Source: Raillietiella orientalis
Taxonomy: Eukaryota
Reading direction: 5' to 3'
Assembly (NCBI GenBank): GCA_036172245.1
Contig: JAYWIR010000047.1
Coordinates: 682,001-746,000 of the forward strand
DNA length: 64,000 bases
Positions 10,794 through 23,600 of the stretch are shown piece after piece. Positions within the stretch are counted from its first letter, which is position 1. Every line of letters starts with the position of its first letter. Both the position numbers and the translations under genes were made by a program. The notes under the pieces are model-generated. The model was given only the letters and a program-made list of their open reading frames with translations. It did no database searches and was not told where the DNA came from.

Positions 10794-13495
10794 TATGGGG
10801 GGGGGGGCAGGCGCGACGTAATTTTGGGAAAAATTGGGGTGCCTTTCTGGCATCGCTCGCTGCTCCTCTCCTTCGCTCGGAGAGCAGAATCCACCGGCGC
10901 GCGCGCAGCAGCTGAGAGCAGCCGAGAGAAGTGCGCGGAGGATGCGAGGCGCGGTCGTGCCCCAGTGGAGCCGCACGTGCGCATCTTTCCAGTCTCCGCA
11001 TTCCGATTTGGGGACTTTTGGCGGGTTTGGGGAGAGGCGGGGGAGAAGAGGAAGAGCAGCAACAACAGAGGAGAGCGGTAAAGAGATTTAAACAAATCGC
11101 ACTGCCCACAGATGGCTGTAGACTCGAGAAGAAGCTGCTGTCTCGGGGGGAGGGTCCAAAGGGAGGGAACGGAAATGGATGACCCGAACCTTCGTGGATT
11201 TGAAGGGAACCTTCACCTGGTCAGTGCTTCAAAAAAAAGAGAGAGAGAGAGAGAAGAAGAAAGTCGGCGGAGCAGGAAAAATTCCGAGTTCTGGCCCGGA
11301 CCTCCCTGTGGCTGTCCTGGGCTCCGCGGTGGGCACGTGGCTGCTCATGGAACGAGTCCCGGAACAGGTGGTCCTTGTGGACCCCTACCCAGCTTCCTGC
11401 GCTGGAGGATCGTGAGAGAGACCCTTGCACGCGCCACACACGCTGGCGTCTGGCGTGCACCCGGGGGAAGGCAGGCGCTCGCAAGCTCTTCCTCTGGAAG
11501 GGTGGTGCCGTGTGGCATCTGCACGTGGGATGACTCTCTTACCCTGTCGGCTGCAGCTCCGGAAGGGAAGGGAACCTCGGAGGCGGCACAGGCAGCCACG
11601 GGGAGGAGAAGAAATCCCTTCCTGAGAGACGATGCCGCCGGTGGTCACGTCCGGTCACGTGCAAGGCGGCGGCTATGCGGCTGACATGCGGAAAACACAC
11701 GGGGCGCGAAGGAGGGACGCAGCTTTGGAGAGAGGCTCCTCTCAAAACCATGCGAGGTCCATGGCGTGCCCTCGCCGTGGCTGGGAATTGTGGCAGGGAG
11801 GCGGAGATCGGGAATGCGAAAGGTGGGGTAGTTTCCGAACGGGTGGAGCGGGAAGGGAGGGAGGGAACGAAGCCCGGTGAAGCGGAGAGTGGAGCGATCC
11901 TGCAAAGCCACCGGATGAGGGGGATGGGATGGTGCTGGGTGCCGAGGACGCCTACGCCCTCCGTCCAGCCCGACCCGTCGTCGCGACGCACGGAAACGCT
12001 CGCTCTGCGGCGGAGACAGCGGTGAAGAGGACGGAGCCACGTAGGGGTCAGCCGGTCGGACAACAGACCCGCCGGTCCTTGCCGATGAGTAGCGTCCTTT
12101 CGCTCCTTACGGGCCAGGTCTGCCTCCCTCCTCCCGACCGGTCACTCGGTTCGGCCCGGGCGACTTCTGCGGTTTGCGTGCAGTGGTCGGTGTGCGGACC
12201 GTGAGGAGAGGCGGTGGTGCACGTCGTCGCTTCGCTTCCCTTCTCTGTTTGAGGACAGCTGGGGGAAGGGATGGGGGGCAGAAACTCGTGCTCCTTCCGC
12301 CCGCAGGTTGGTTCGCTTCCCTCTTGCAGATGAAATGTCTCTCCTTTTCTTGCTCTCCCTCTCCAACAGTAGCCCAGAGTTCATTTAAATTTGTCCGTTT
12401 GCCAACTTTGCTGCTTTTATTGTTTTCCTTTCGCTTTCCAGACAAGGAAGCGAGTGGCACCCCTGCTCTCGGATTTTGATCGTTACTGCAACATCCCCCC
12501 CGCCTTTCCCATTTTTCTGCTGCTTCTTCCCTGCGCTTCTCGCGAAATCCGCGGCGGCGACCACCCTCCTGCTCCCTCCTCTCTTCCCATCCTAGTGGCG
12601 AGCCCGGTCAACATTTCGCCCCGAGGTCCGCCGCTCACTAGCGTCACCATTTCCCGTGAGCCTGCGCAGGAGCGACGGCTCATGAGCATCCATCGTACCG
12701 CGCTGCGCCGCTAGGCGGCCCCTCAGAAGAGAAGGAATCCTTTCCTCGCTGCGGGTTACCTCGTCTGCCGCTCGCGGCGCTTCCGCCGCGCGCGCTGCCG
12801 TCCGCGGCCCAGCGGATCCGAAGTCCTGCCCCCTGGTGCTGAGGGAGAGGCCCTCACGGAGACTCACGGGCGCTTTCCTCCGCCCTCCTCCCCTCAGCAA
12901 GGAATAGGAAGAGCGAAGGGGAGATCGGTGCCGGCCGTAAGCTCGCCGACGGGCGCAGGCGCAAAGCTCTCTCCTCTCGTAGAAACCCGGAAGCAGGAAA
13001 CCCGCTTCTCCCGCTCCCTCTCGGGTGCGCGCAACGGATGATGGGGTGGGGGAGTAGGGGTAGGGGGGTCAAGGAGGAAAACGTGGCTGTCATGACCTCC
13101 TTCGCAGGGGAAGAAGCGAAGAGTGGGGTGGGGTGTTCGTCCCGTAGCCAGCCCATCTCCCAGGTGTCCGCTTTCCCACACCCTTCTCGTCCTGGACCCC
13201 AGTTTCGAGGCATCTCGGCTACCGTCCATTTGTGTGTGTGTTTTTTGGGGCACCGTAGAGAGGGGGCGCCCTCTCTTCCGTCCCTCATGCTCTTCCTCGG
13301 GAGCGGGCGGTGTGGGAGAGGAAAGCGAGGAAACTCCCGTTCCAGGGCGACGAGGACGCGCGCGGGGCGAGCGCCTCCTTCCAGGAATAGATCGATCCTT
13401 CCTCCTCCTCCTCCTCCTCCGCTTCCTCTTCTGCTACCCTCCCCTTCCTCCTCCTCTCCCCGAACGAGCCCTCCCGATGCCAGGCTCACGCCTCC

Positions 13496-13523
13496 CGCCG
13501 CCGCCGCCGCCGCCGCCGCCGCC
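13496..13523. repeat. (GCC)n microsatellite in the CpG-island-like region upstream of the RhoGAP start
   Basis: About nine GCC units, with (CCT)n near 13400, (GGAA)n near 13747 and (GCGT)n near 13810. Confidence 0.9.
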
Positions 13524-14615
13524 AAAGTTGGCGGGCGAGTCCCTTCGTCTCAGGTGGTTTATTGACTTTGCCCACTTTTCCTCTCCGCGCTGCAGCGAAG
13601 GGGGGAAAGCCCATTTTTAGAAGCGCCACGGCGCAGGTTCCGTTCCGCCGGGGCTAATTTTAGCACGCGCTCGGAAGTGGGAGATCCGGCGAGATCCCTC
13701 TCGCGCGCGACGTGGAAGCGCTCCTGCCGCCGGGAGGCTCGTGTGGAAGGAAGGAAGGAAGGAAGGCGCTCGGCTCGCTTGGAAAAGGTGCACGCGCGTG
13801 CGTTGTGGTGCGTGCGTGCGTGCGTGCGTGTGAGTGAATGCGAGTGGTGTTCCTCCATCCGCCCTCGTCCCACCCCTCCACCTCCCTCCCGACCCCCCAC
13901 ACCAGCCCCCACCCGCTCTCGTCCGCCCTGCTCCAGTGAAAGCCGATCCCGCGCGTGCGGCGACGAGTGCTGGTGATCCGCGAGCCGCCTCCATTGCCGC
14001 TTCGGTGGCTCGCAGTGGTTCCAAGCACATGCTCGCGCGCGCGCGTGCGTGAATGGTGCCTCGACAACCCGCGCGCGAGGGAGAGAGGAGTAGTGACAGG
14101 CAAGAGAAAGACCCTCTTCCCATCCCTCATCCCAGGACAAGGAGCGACCTCCAGCTGAAAGTGCACGCCTCGGGACTTCCGACACGCGCGCGCGAGTGAG
14201 TTCCGTCGCGTAAAGCGAATCCAACCGCGGTGCCACCCCCCACCCTTCCCGCATCCCGCCGTGCTTCCTATGGAGAGGGTGAGGGAAGGAAGTGACAGGG
14301 AGGTGGGAGGAGGGGGCCTGCAGAGACTCTCACTGCCTCCTGGATCACACGTTGTTTTCTGGTTAGCCGTCCCGGGACCGCCCGCCGGAAGCTGACGTCC
14401 GCACCCCGAAGCCACCGCATCCCATGCTGCCATTTTCCTTGGAGCTGCTGCGCGGTTGCCACGACCTCCCCCCAGCGTGGAGCTGCTACCGTCGCTGCCA
14501 CTACTGTTCCGCCCGTCGCCTCTGCCGCTGCTGATGCTCTCGAAGGTTCCGGGGCGCTGGTAGTTTCTTCCCGGTTCCTCCAGGCGCCTGACGGGCGGAC
14601 GGATCTCCTATTGCC

Positions 14616-17600
14616 ATGAGCGGCAAGAAGAAGAAGGAACGCTTCCTTCTGACGAGGAAGACGTGGAAATACATGCAAGCCAGCGGAAAACTGGTGCTGC
14701 CCCCGACTCTCAGGTCGATCGCGAGCCCGGAAGCGCTCTCTCAAGTCGAGGATTTCTTCCAGGAAGTGTGCCTGAAGCAGGCGGACTTCATCTTGTACCC
14801 GCCGGAAGCCTCAAAAGAGTACTTGGAAGATTCGCTCCAGGAATGCAAGAAACCAGTGCATTCGTACACCGACTTTCGGGTTCGGCCCCCTCCGCTGCCC
14901 ATGCCCGGGCTGTCTCTCGGCTCTACCTCTTCGGCCAGAAGCGGCTCGGCCGTCAAGTCCTCGGGGCCCGAACGCGTAGGCAAGACGGAAAAGCAGCACC
15001 TGGAATCGAGAGGTTCCTCGGGATCCGTCACCTACGACGACGACGGGAAGGGTTTCTGGGAAGAGGAGTCCAGCTGTCCTCACGATCCCGGTAATCGCGA
15101 TCTAACCGCATCGTATGCTTCCTCCTCCACCGCCACAAGCTACCCCGAGATCTCCTCCGTGAAGACGCAACCGGGCTGCAGAAGGGTCCCCGTGGTTCCC
15201 AAGGATGCCAACAGCGGAAGGGTGGGCTCGGATCGATGGGCTAAGTTCTACGGTCTGAAAGAGCATCATGAGAATTTTCCCGAGTCCACCATGGACACTA
15301 TCAAGAGATACTTCAAGGTGTCCAGGAAGAACTCGAAGAGGGAGACCAAGGAGGGAAAGGACAGAAGGAGGTTCCATCAGAGTCGATCCGGGGACAAGAA
15401 GGGATCGGAAGTGTCCGAAGGATGCAAGTTCGAGAAGGAGGGGACTATCTCCAGAAAGCTTTCCCTGGAGGCGCTAGTTCCGCGTCAGGATCGCAGCTAC
15501 CTGTCGAGGCCAAGGTACTCCATTTCGGCCATCGGAGAGCGTGTTTCTCTACCTTCCGGTTCCTTGAGCCGTGGCTCCAGCCTGGAAGCTACTTACGAGG
15601 ACGACGAGGTCTTCCTAACCTCGTTGTCCAGCAGGGCATCGTCTGTAGGATCACCGTCCCATCCCAGCGCTTCCACCTTCACCAGTGGTATTACGTCCCC
15701 CGATTCCGCTGCCTCCTCCGTCGTCTCCCCCACGTCACCTCCTTGTGACGCCAGGAATCGTTCGCCGTCTCCACCGCCTCCGATACATGTGTTCAACCTC
15801 AAGGATTACACCCAAGTACCACGGACGCAAGCGTCCACCAAAGGCAGGTGGTCGTCTATGAAGAAACCTACGCGCGAAACCGTCTCCAAGCAAGCCAATC
15901 CCCCGAGAGATGCGGCGAAATCCCGGAAATCCTTCAGCCTAGGGCAGAACTCAAACACTAATAAAATATGGAGACGGAGGTCGAAAAGCCACAGCAGGAT
16001 AGCAACCGTACACCACACGTGGACTCCCATGGTAAGCATACACTTGGAGTGCCGTCGCTAAGGCAAGAAGCTGAACGCGGGTAGGGAGAAGGATGGAGGG
16101 AGGATGGGGAGGCGGATGTGCTCCATGGTCATCTCCGGCGAACGTCCGCTTCGCTCTTCTCGGTGGGCTCTGATCGATCCGCAGTCCTCCATGGATGCAT
16201 TCCATAGAGGACACACTTTTGGAAACGCGCGGAGCGGAGCGAGCCGGGCACGCCAGGTCCACCTTAGGCCAGTTGCTATATGAGCCAGGCCTAGAACCTT
16301 CTGGATGCCCATGGTTGCGAGCGGGAGTGCTTCTCTGGGCGGACGTCAAACTGGACGCGGTCCGAGCATCGGCGTGGCGAGGCTCCCTCGCCTGCCGGCC
16401 GGCCGCCGCACGCAAAGCCTCGCTGTCCGCGGAAGCGCGCTCCTGTTCGCGGACGGGAGGAGAAGGAAGGAAGGGAGGGGGGGGGGGGAAGAGTGAGGAA
16501 ACGAAGCGGAAGCGCGCGCAATGTAGAGGGAAGGAGAGGAAGACTCCGCGGAGCTGCTGTTATCCGCGTGATCGCGCGCTGCGGATTCCGTCGCATCCGG
16601 CTCATTGAACAGCGGGGCCGCGAGCTCGCGGATGCATTCCGTCCCGGGCATAAAAGTTGCATCCTGGGAATCGGGAAGCACTCGGGAGGAGGAGGAGGGA
16701 GAAGGGAAAGAAAAAAAGGAAGCTCCGGAGGGACGTGCGGTTTTCGCATGCACGTGCTGACGAGTCAGGTACACGAGCTCTGATCGATGGTTTCGTTAAC
16801 GAAATTAATTTGGCAACTCGAAAGAGAGGAGGCAGCTGCAAGAATACATCCCAGCCCGCATCGAAGCTGCTGCTAGCCGTTTTTTTTTCTTCTTCTTCTT
16901 TTTTTTTGGAGAATGGCTCCATAAAACGAGTCTCTCCTGTTTTTCGGATGCCCTTGGGGTGACGTAAGGAAGCGTCTCTTCTCACTTGGGGAACGTTTCC
17001 TTCCGGATGTTTCCGGATTTAGCCCCTGGAGCTTGCCCATCGCGCGGAGGGCGGCACCGCCTTCGAAGAGGGCGATTCAGCAAGCATCCCATTCCGCTCC
17101 ACGGCGGATCGTCGATTCCGCGTCCCGAGACGGGTGGACGCGCGACGGAGGTGGCCAGGGCATCCTCCCGGGCAGCCCTTCGTCAAGCGTCCGCTTCGTG
17201 CCTTCTTCGCGGGCAATCGGGAACGGGAGATGAAAAAGAAAAAAGGAAACGGTTCGTGCTGAGGCTTTACGATCTCTCCCGCACGCGTCCGCCACCCGCC
17301 ACCCCGTTCGCTCTCTCCACACTGCCCGCTGGCGCACAAAGCGGAGCATCCTGGCAACGACGCACTAAGGACCTGAAGAATGCCCGCCGCCCTCCACACC
17401 GAGCCACCAAGAACCCACGTCTTCCTCATGCCCGCAGGGAACTTCCCCTTCCCGGGATGCGGATGCCGGTCCCGAAGGGAACTTCCCCTTCCTTAAAGAG
17501 AAGCAGGGAAAAAAGTGGGGGTGCGTTCCCGTGACGAGGCGCAGTTCTTACCCCCCATCCCTTCTCTCCTTGACTTGAATCTCGTCAACTCTCCGCCATC

Positions 17601-20600
17601 CTTACGCTCCTACCTCTCTCTCTCTCTCCCCCCCCCCTCCCTCGTCCCCGTGGCCACCCTTTGCGAAGGCGCGCGCCTCCACTGCTACTGCACTCCGAAA
17701 TTGCAAGAGCGCGCGCAGCCGACCGGCCTCTCCGTCCGACTGACAGCGCGTGTCCCCTCGTAGAGTGGCTCTCGAGCCCCTGCCCCGCCCCCCTGCCCCC
17801 TCCTTTCTTTCCTCTCCTCCGTTTAGGAAGGGGAAGGAGGGGGAAGGGCGAAAAGATCCCTTTCGCACTCTGCTTTGCAGGCATCTCTCCCTCGCCGCGA
17901 CGACCCCGCGACCTTGTCCTCCGCTTGCCCGCTCCCCGCGGCGCGACCAGACAACGGAAGCGCCCTCCTTGCGCGGGACGCGATCTCGTTGTCCTCCCGT
18001 GCTTCTTCCTGACGCGCCTCTGCAGCATTCTCTTCTCAGGAGGAAACAGGGGGCGTATCCTTTCGGGGGGTCCCTCCGGAGAGGGATGAAGAAGAAATGG
18101 TTCCCTCCCTTCCCATGGACCCCTTCCTGGATCCGTGGGGGTGACCCCCTATACCTGGAAGAGTCGACACGCACCCTCGGGCAGCGCGGACAGCGTCAAA
18201 GAGAGAGCTTCGTGACCTCCATCCTGTGGAGGCGGGAGGGCGGCCCCCCTTCAGCACCCCTCGAAGTGCAGCAAAGAGAAAGAGGAGGATCTGGAAGGGG
18301 AGCAGCGAAACAGAAGATAGAGAACTCCAAGCCCCGGCCTTCCCGCGCTGGAGGTCCCGGCGTTCCCGGTCGCGTCCCCGAGGCAGCGACTCCAGCTTGC
18401 AACACCTCGCCCCTCCGGCCCCGGCTGACCTCGGAGCATCGCGAAAGATGCGGCAAGGGCGGGGGCGTCCGCCGTCGTCCGTCTGGCTGACGTCGGAGGC
18501 GGCGGCTTCCTCCAGAGAAAGTTGCGGTGGAAATCGAAGAAGGAAGGAGGGGGAAGGGGAAGTCGCCACGGGCCTCCGCGCAGGGGCCTCGCAGGGTAAA
18601 CACCGGCCTTCCCCCCCTTCCTCTCTGCCGTCGTTGCGTGTGTGCGCGCGGGAAGCTGCTGCAGTTGTCAGGAACTCCGAGCTCTCAAAGCGGCCGCTGC
18701 GAGTCGCTCGCGCACGCGGCGAGTGGCTCCTCCCTACTTTTTAAGGGAGGATGCAGAAAGGGGGGGGAGGGGCGATCCGGAGGTGAGCCACCGCCCCTCC
18801 GAGCCCGGCGTCCCCCGATCAATCCGGATCCTGGAGTGGCGACCGAGAGGAGAGTCTGCAGCCGTCACGAGGACCTCGAGATGCTTTCGAGGGGATCGAT
18901 CCCGTCGCTCCCCTCCGCCCTCTGCTCTCACGCCCGTCGGGGAATGCAGGAGCGTGCTGGTTCTCAGAGGGAACTTCTTCGGGAGGAGGAGGTTCGCAGA
19001 CGAACTGTCTGCGAGCACGGTGTCCCGCACTTCACACGCGCGTTGCATAGCAACGGCGAGAGCGGAAAAACGAGGAAGTGGGGAGAGAGGAGAAGGGTGT
19101 AGCAGTAGTATGGTGTATGCAGTAACCTCCGTCGTCTGGAGAGCGACGTCTTGCCCAGGCGGCAGCCCACTCCGGGGCGTTTCCTCCTCCCCCTTCCCTT
19201 CGCTGCTCCCAGAGGGGTCCCCTCGCCCCTGTTCGCACGGTTTCCTCCCCTGGGGAACCGGATCTTTCCCTGCCTTCTCCTATCCGCTGCGACAGGTTTC
19301 CCCGCTCTTCTCCCGAACCCCTCCCCCCGGAGTAGGGCGCGTGGGAGACCGAAGCGGATGGGAGGAGTCGGCAAGGGAGACGCACCATCCGCGGGAGAGG
19401 ACGCGGCTGCAGGGGCAGCGCCAAAGGGGAAACACCCTCGACAAGGGGTGGTCAGCGGCGGCTGGCTGCAGCAGTCCCAGGAACCTACTCCCCTTCTGGC
19501 CCCGTAGCGAAGGCGCAGCTGCCACCGGCCGAGTCAGCGGACGGCAGCGTTGACTGCCCCCCCACCGCCCCAGACGAAAGTGCAGGCGCGCGCGCCTCAT
19601 CCGCCTGAAGCTTGGGTCGCTTCTGAGGACCAGCTGGGGGGGGGGGCACGAAGGGACACGCATCCCTGAGGGCTCGCGTTTACCTCTGCTTCGTTCATCC
19701 TCCCGAGGGAGCGACCAACCCTCCCCTCCCTGCCACCCGGGAGAGTCACTTCCGCTCCGCCAGATGGCTTGATCTCTGCCGCCGCCGGTTCGTCTTCGGG
19801 GGAGGGGTGTGGGGTAGAGATGGAAAAAGGGAGTAGCGGGGCGCACTCGTGACTCGGGGGATTGCGGGAACACGTGCGAAGGGAAGAAGGGAGGGGAGGG
19901 ACCCCGCTATGAGCCGTCCTCCAGTCGAGGTGCGCCCGCCCGCTTAAGAGCTCTCCTCCTCTTTCGGGAAGGGGGGGAGAGGGGTGAAGCTCGACGGCGA
20001 ACGGGCTGAGCCCCGTCCGGAGGTGCGTTGCTCCCTCCCGGCTCTCCCTGGAAGAGCGGGAGGAGCCCGAGCCAGTCGTCCTCCCTTCTTTCCCATCGCG
20101 CGAGGTGGCGGAACGTGCGGGAAGCAACCCAGAACTGCCTGCCGACCCGTGGAACCGACCGCCGGGGCGACGCGCGGCGAGGGTAAGGGAAGTCCACCGC
20201 CGCCGGAATGGTGGCGCTGCCCGAGGTCGCAGCCGCTCGGCGCTGCAGGGAGAAGAGGTGGGGCGCTGCCGCTTCCTCTTACCGCTGCCACGCATGCACG
20301 CGCGTCGTTCCCCTTGGCAACGGTCCCGGGCTCGGCACGGAGGGTCTAGCTCCCGCTATCGGCTCGAAGAGCGTCCGTCACCGCTGGGACGGGACGGAGG
20401 AGGAGAGGGAGGGGGAAGAGGGAGCGGAAGGAGTGGGAGGGGGCGGCGGGGAAGAGGGCCTGAGGAGAAACCCACGGGACGTGAGATCTGCGCGACGAGG
20501 GGCGCTCGCGCACGCGCTCCCGTCGACGGCCGCCAAGAGGAAGGAGGCATCTTCAGACTGCATGCCGGCAGCGCGGGTGGATCTATAAATAACCCGCCCT

Positions 20601-23600
20601 TGAACCGCGCGCGAGAGCAGCGCAATGCTCCTCCCTTCCGTCGCTTCAATCTTGCAAGGCTGCCAAGACCCGGACAGGCGCTCCTTTCTCTGTTTTTTCA
20701 TCGTCCGCTTCCTCTCTCTATCACCTCGCCCCTCACCATCGCACACTCCTTTCCTTTCCCCACCCCCTTTTCCCCTTCTTCATTTCCCCTCGTTCCATCG
20801 CCCCCTTCCCACCTTCAGCTCCCGAGAGACGCGGCGGCGGCGCTAGCCTCGCACCTTCCCCGTTCGCTTTGGTTTCCGACCGCGAGATGGTACCCTGGAC
20901 GGCGACGCACGTGGAAAGAAAGCCGGAGTTTGGCAGCTGTCCAGAACCTCTGCGTGCACACACGAATAATAAAAATCATAATAACCGAAATCGTAACAAT
21001 AATAGGAAATGAGATGAGATAGGATAGGATCCGCCATTTTTCTTCGGAAATGACCGTGGGGTGTCCCCCATCGCGCCCAAAGGCAGTTTTCGCCTTCTCT
21101 TCCTTATCCCCCCTCCACTGCTCGCTCTCTTCTGAGCTCGTCGGGAGAACGCCGGGATGAAAGAAGGTGCGCCGGAACTCTTCCGTGGGAATGACATTGC
21201 CCCACCGCTCCAGAGAGAGCGAGCAGCGGTGGCGACTTGACCCCTCTCCCTCCTTCCTTCGGGCAGTTCTCGACGGAAAGAGGCGGAGACAGCCGGAGGC
21301 GGTGCCGTACGTGCCCGCGACCTTCTCCTTACCCGGTAGCTCGACCGGTTCTCGTGAGCTGGAGCAGGTTCTGCAGGAGCACCCGTTCGCCCCTCCAACG
21401 AGGGACGTCCCAGCCGGCGAGGGAGCTGGACGACGGTAGCAGCCTCAGGCGGTGACCCGCCGGTACGGAAGCAACCAAGCGCGCGATGCAGGAGACAGGG
21501 TGGCGCCCTTCTACCCAGACGTCCCTGGACCTGGCTTACCGGACTCGACCCTTCCGGAGTGCAGCAGGTCGCGACACCGAGGGGTCAGGATTCGAGCGCT
21601 GACCGGATGGGCGACGAAGGGCGCCGCTCCTCAGGTGGCGGTGCCACCGAAGAGGCCACTTCCGCTTTCGAAGCGCGACGGGCAGTGGCAGTACTCGCCG
21701 AGAACTTCCGGGTTATTTTCCACCGGTTTCTCCTTCGCAGGGTTGCCAGTCTCCCTTTCTCCCTCCTGTCTCGGGGAGCGCGCGGCCCTCGGAGTCTCCG
21801 CGCAGAGCGGCTGACCTCCGGCGCCCTAAGCAGGTGTGCCGCGTCCGTCCGGGGCCAGGACCCGTGCCCTCCCTCCCTGGATCCCTTCTTCCCATTTTCT
21901 CGCTCTCGCCAGGTGCCTTTCGGCGGACCCACAGGCTTTCCCCGCCTGTGGCAACGCGTTAGTGCTGCGACGCGGACCGCGAAACTGCCTCCAGGCCCAG
22001 CGCGCTTTCCGGATCCCCAACGAAGGAGCAGACGGGCTGAACGAGGCGGCGCTTGGCCACCCCACCCCTGGAGGTCTCCGAGCGCTAGGCATCCCACTCT
22101 CACAGCGTGACGCTCCCTTCTCACCCTCCCTGGGCGGCGAGAGCGGTGTGCGACTCGCGCGCGCTCGGGGGTCTACCGAGCCTCGGGCGCCGGCGGGTGC
22201 CCACACAAAGATCTCCCGTAGGGCGCGATCTTCACGCGGATGGTCTGCCCGGAGCGGGCCAAGGTCGCGGACTTCACAGGGTGGAGCAGCTGTCCGGTGG
22301 AAGGGCAGCCGGTCGGAGAGGAAGGGCGAGCAGCATCAACTGACGGAGGGCCGTTGCAGGGACGCTGCCGCTGGGCCAACCATCTAGGTCACGAGGTCGT
22401 GGTGTCCGACGTCAGTCTGCTGGAGCTGAGCGACGTGGAGAGGTCGCTCCTGCAGCAGCTGGCCCTGGAGAAGCTGCGGGCGTTGAACCTCGGCTGCATC
22501 CTGCACATTCCCAAAGGTGAGCGAGCGCTCGCTCCCGGCGGCAAGAACTTTCTGGGGAGTTCTTGCCGCCGGGCACCCGCAGGTGACGGGAAGAGCCGGC
22601 CTCTCTGGGTCAGAGAGCCCCGGGGCATCTCGGACCTCTACCGGCGGCCGCCAACCACAGCGCTTCGGGATGAAGGTCTCGAGAGGGAGGCGCAGCGGGG
22701 TCGGGGATGCGCAGGAGGCCGACCGAAGGGTAGGCGGAGACGGGGAGGAAGGGAAGGGAGCAGTGTGGGAGCGCGGTCTCCACGGGAGACGGCGGGGCGA
22801 GGCGTAGGTCAGCCGCTTCGGTGGGGAGAGGTCGCCCGGGAGCAAGGAGGTCTCCGAGAAGGCCAGGATCGGTCGGCGCGTGCAGTGAGGCCAAAGATCG
22901 CCGCTGGACGGCGGCTCGAACCGGGAGCGTTCGCGGCGCCGCAGGACGTTCGACAGCCGACTTCCCTCGGGGCCGGAGGGAGGCCTCCTCCCCCCTTCGC
23001 GCCAGCAAACCGCCGAGATCCCGGGGACGCGAGTGGGCTGTTTCCCGGCGAACCGTCCGGGAAAAAGAGAGAGGGCAGTGCAAGGAGCACCGCGGTCCAG
23101 GCACGCGACCGGTCCGGAAGAGCGAAATCTCGCGGGAGGCAGCAGCGACGGGAGGAGGCGGAAGGGTTGACGTGCCCCTCCGGCTCCGCCCCTCCCCTCT
23201 TCCCGTCCTGACGGAAGGGAGGAGCGAGCTGGTTCCTCTTCACGAGGAAAGGTAGGGAGGGCTCTTGGGGTCTCCGGGAGGTGTCCCGAGAGCAGCCGGA
23301 AGGAAGGCCCAGCAGTGTTTCTCGGTACTATCCCGGAAGGCCCTACCCTTCCTCGTGAGGAGGACTCGGCTCTCTCCTCCCTCCCGTCGGGACGAGAAGA
23401 GGGGAGGGGATGGAGGGAGGGGACCCTAGGAAGTACCCCTCGACCTGCCTTCTCCTGCCGCTCGCTGCCCTCGCGAGGAGCCCAGCGTCGCCTCGGGAGC
23501 CACAGAGGCGGACGGACGTGAATGCCTCCCTCGGCAGGCCCCTCAAGAGGCCCTTTCGAGGCGACCAAGCCCTCTCTCTGCAAGCCGGCGCCGGTAGGTC

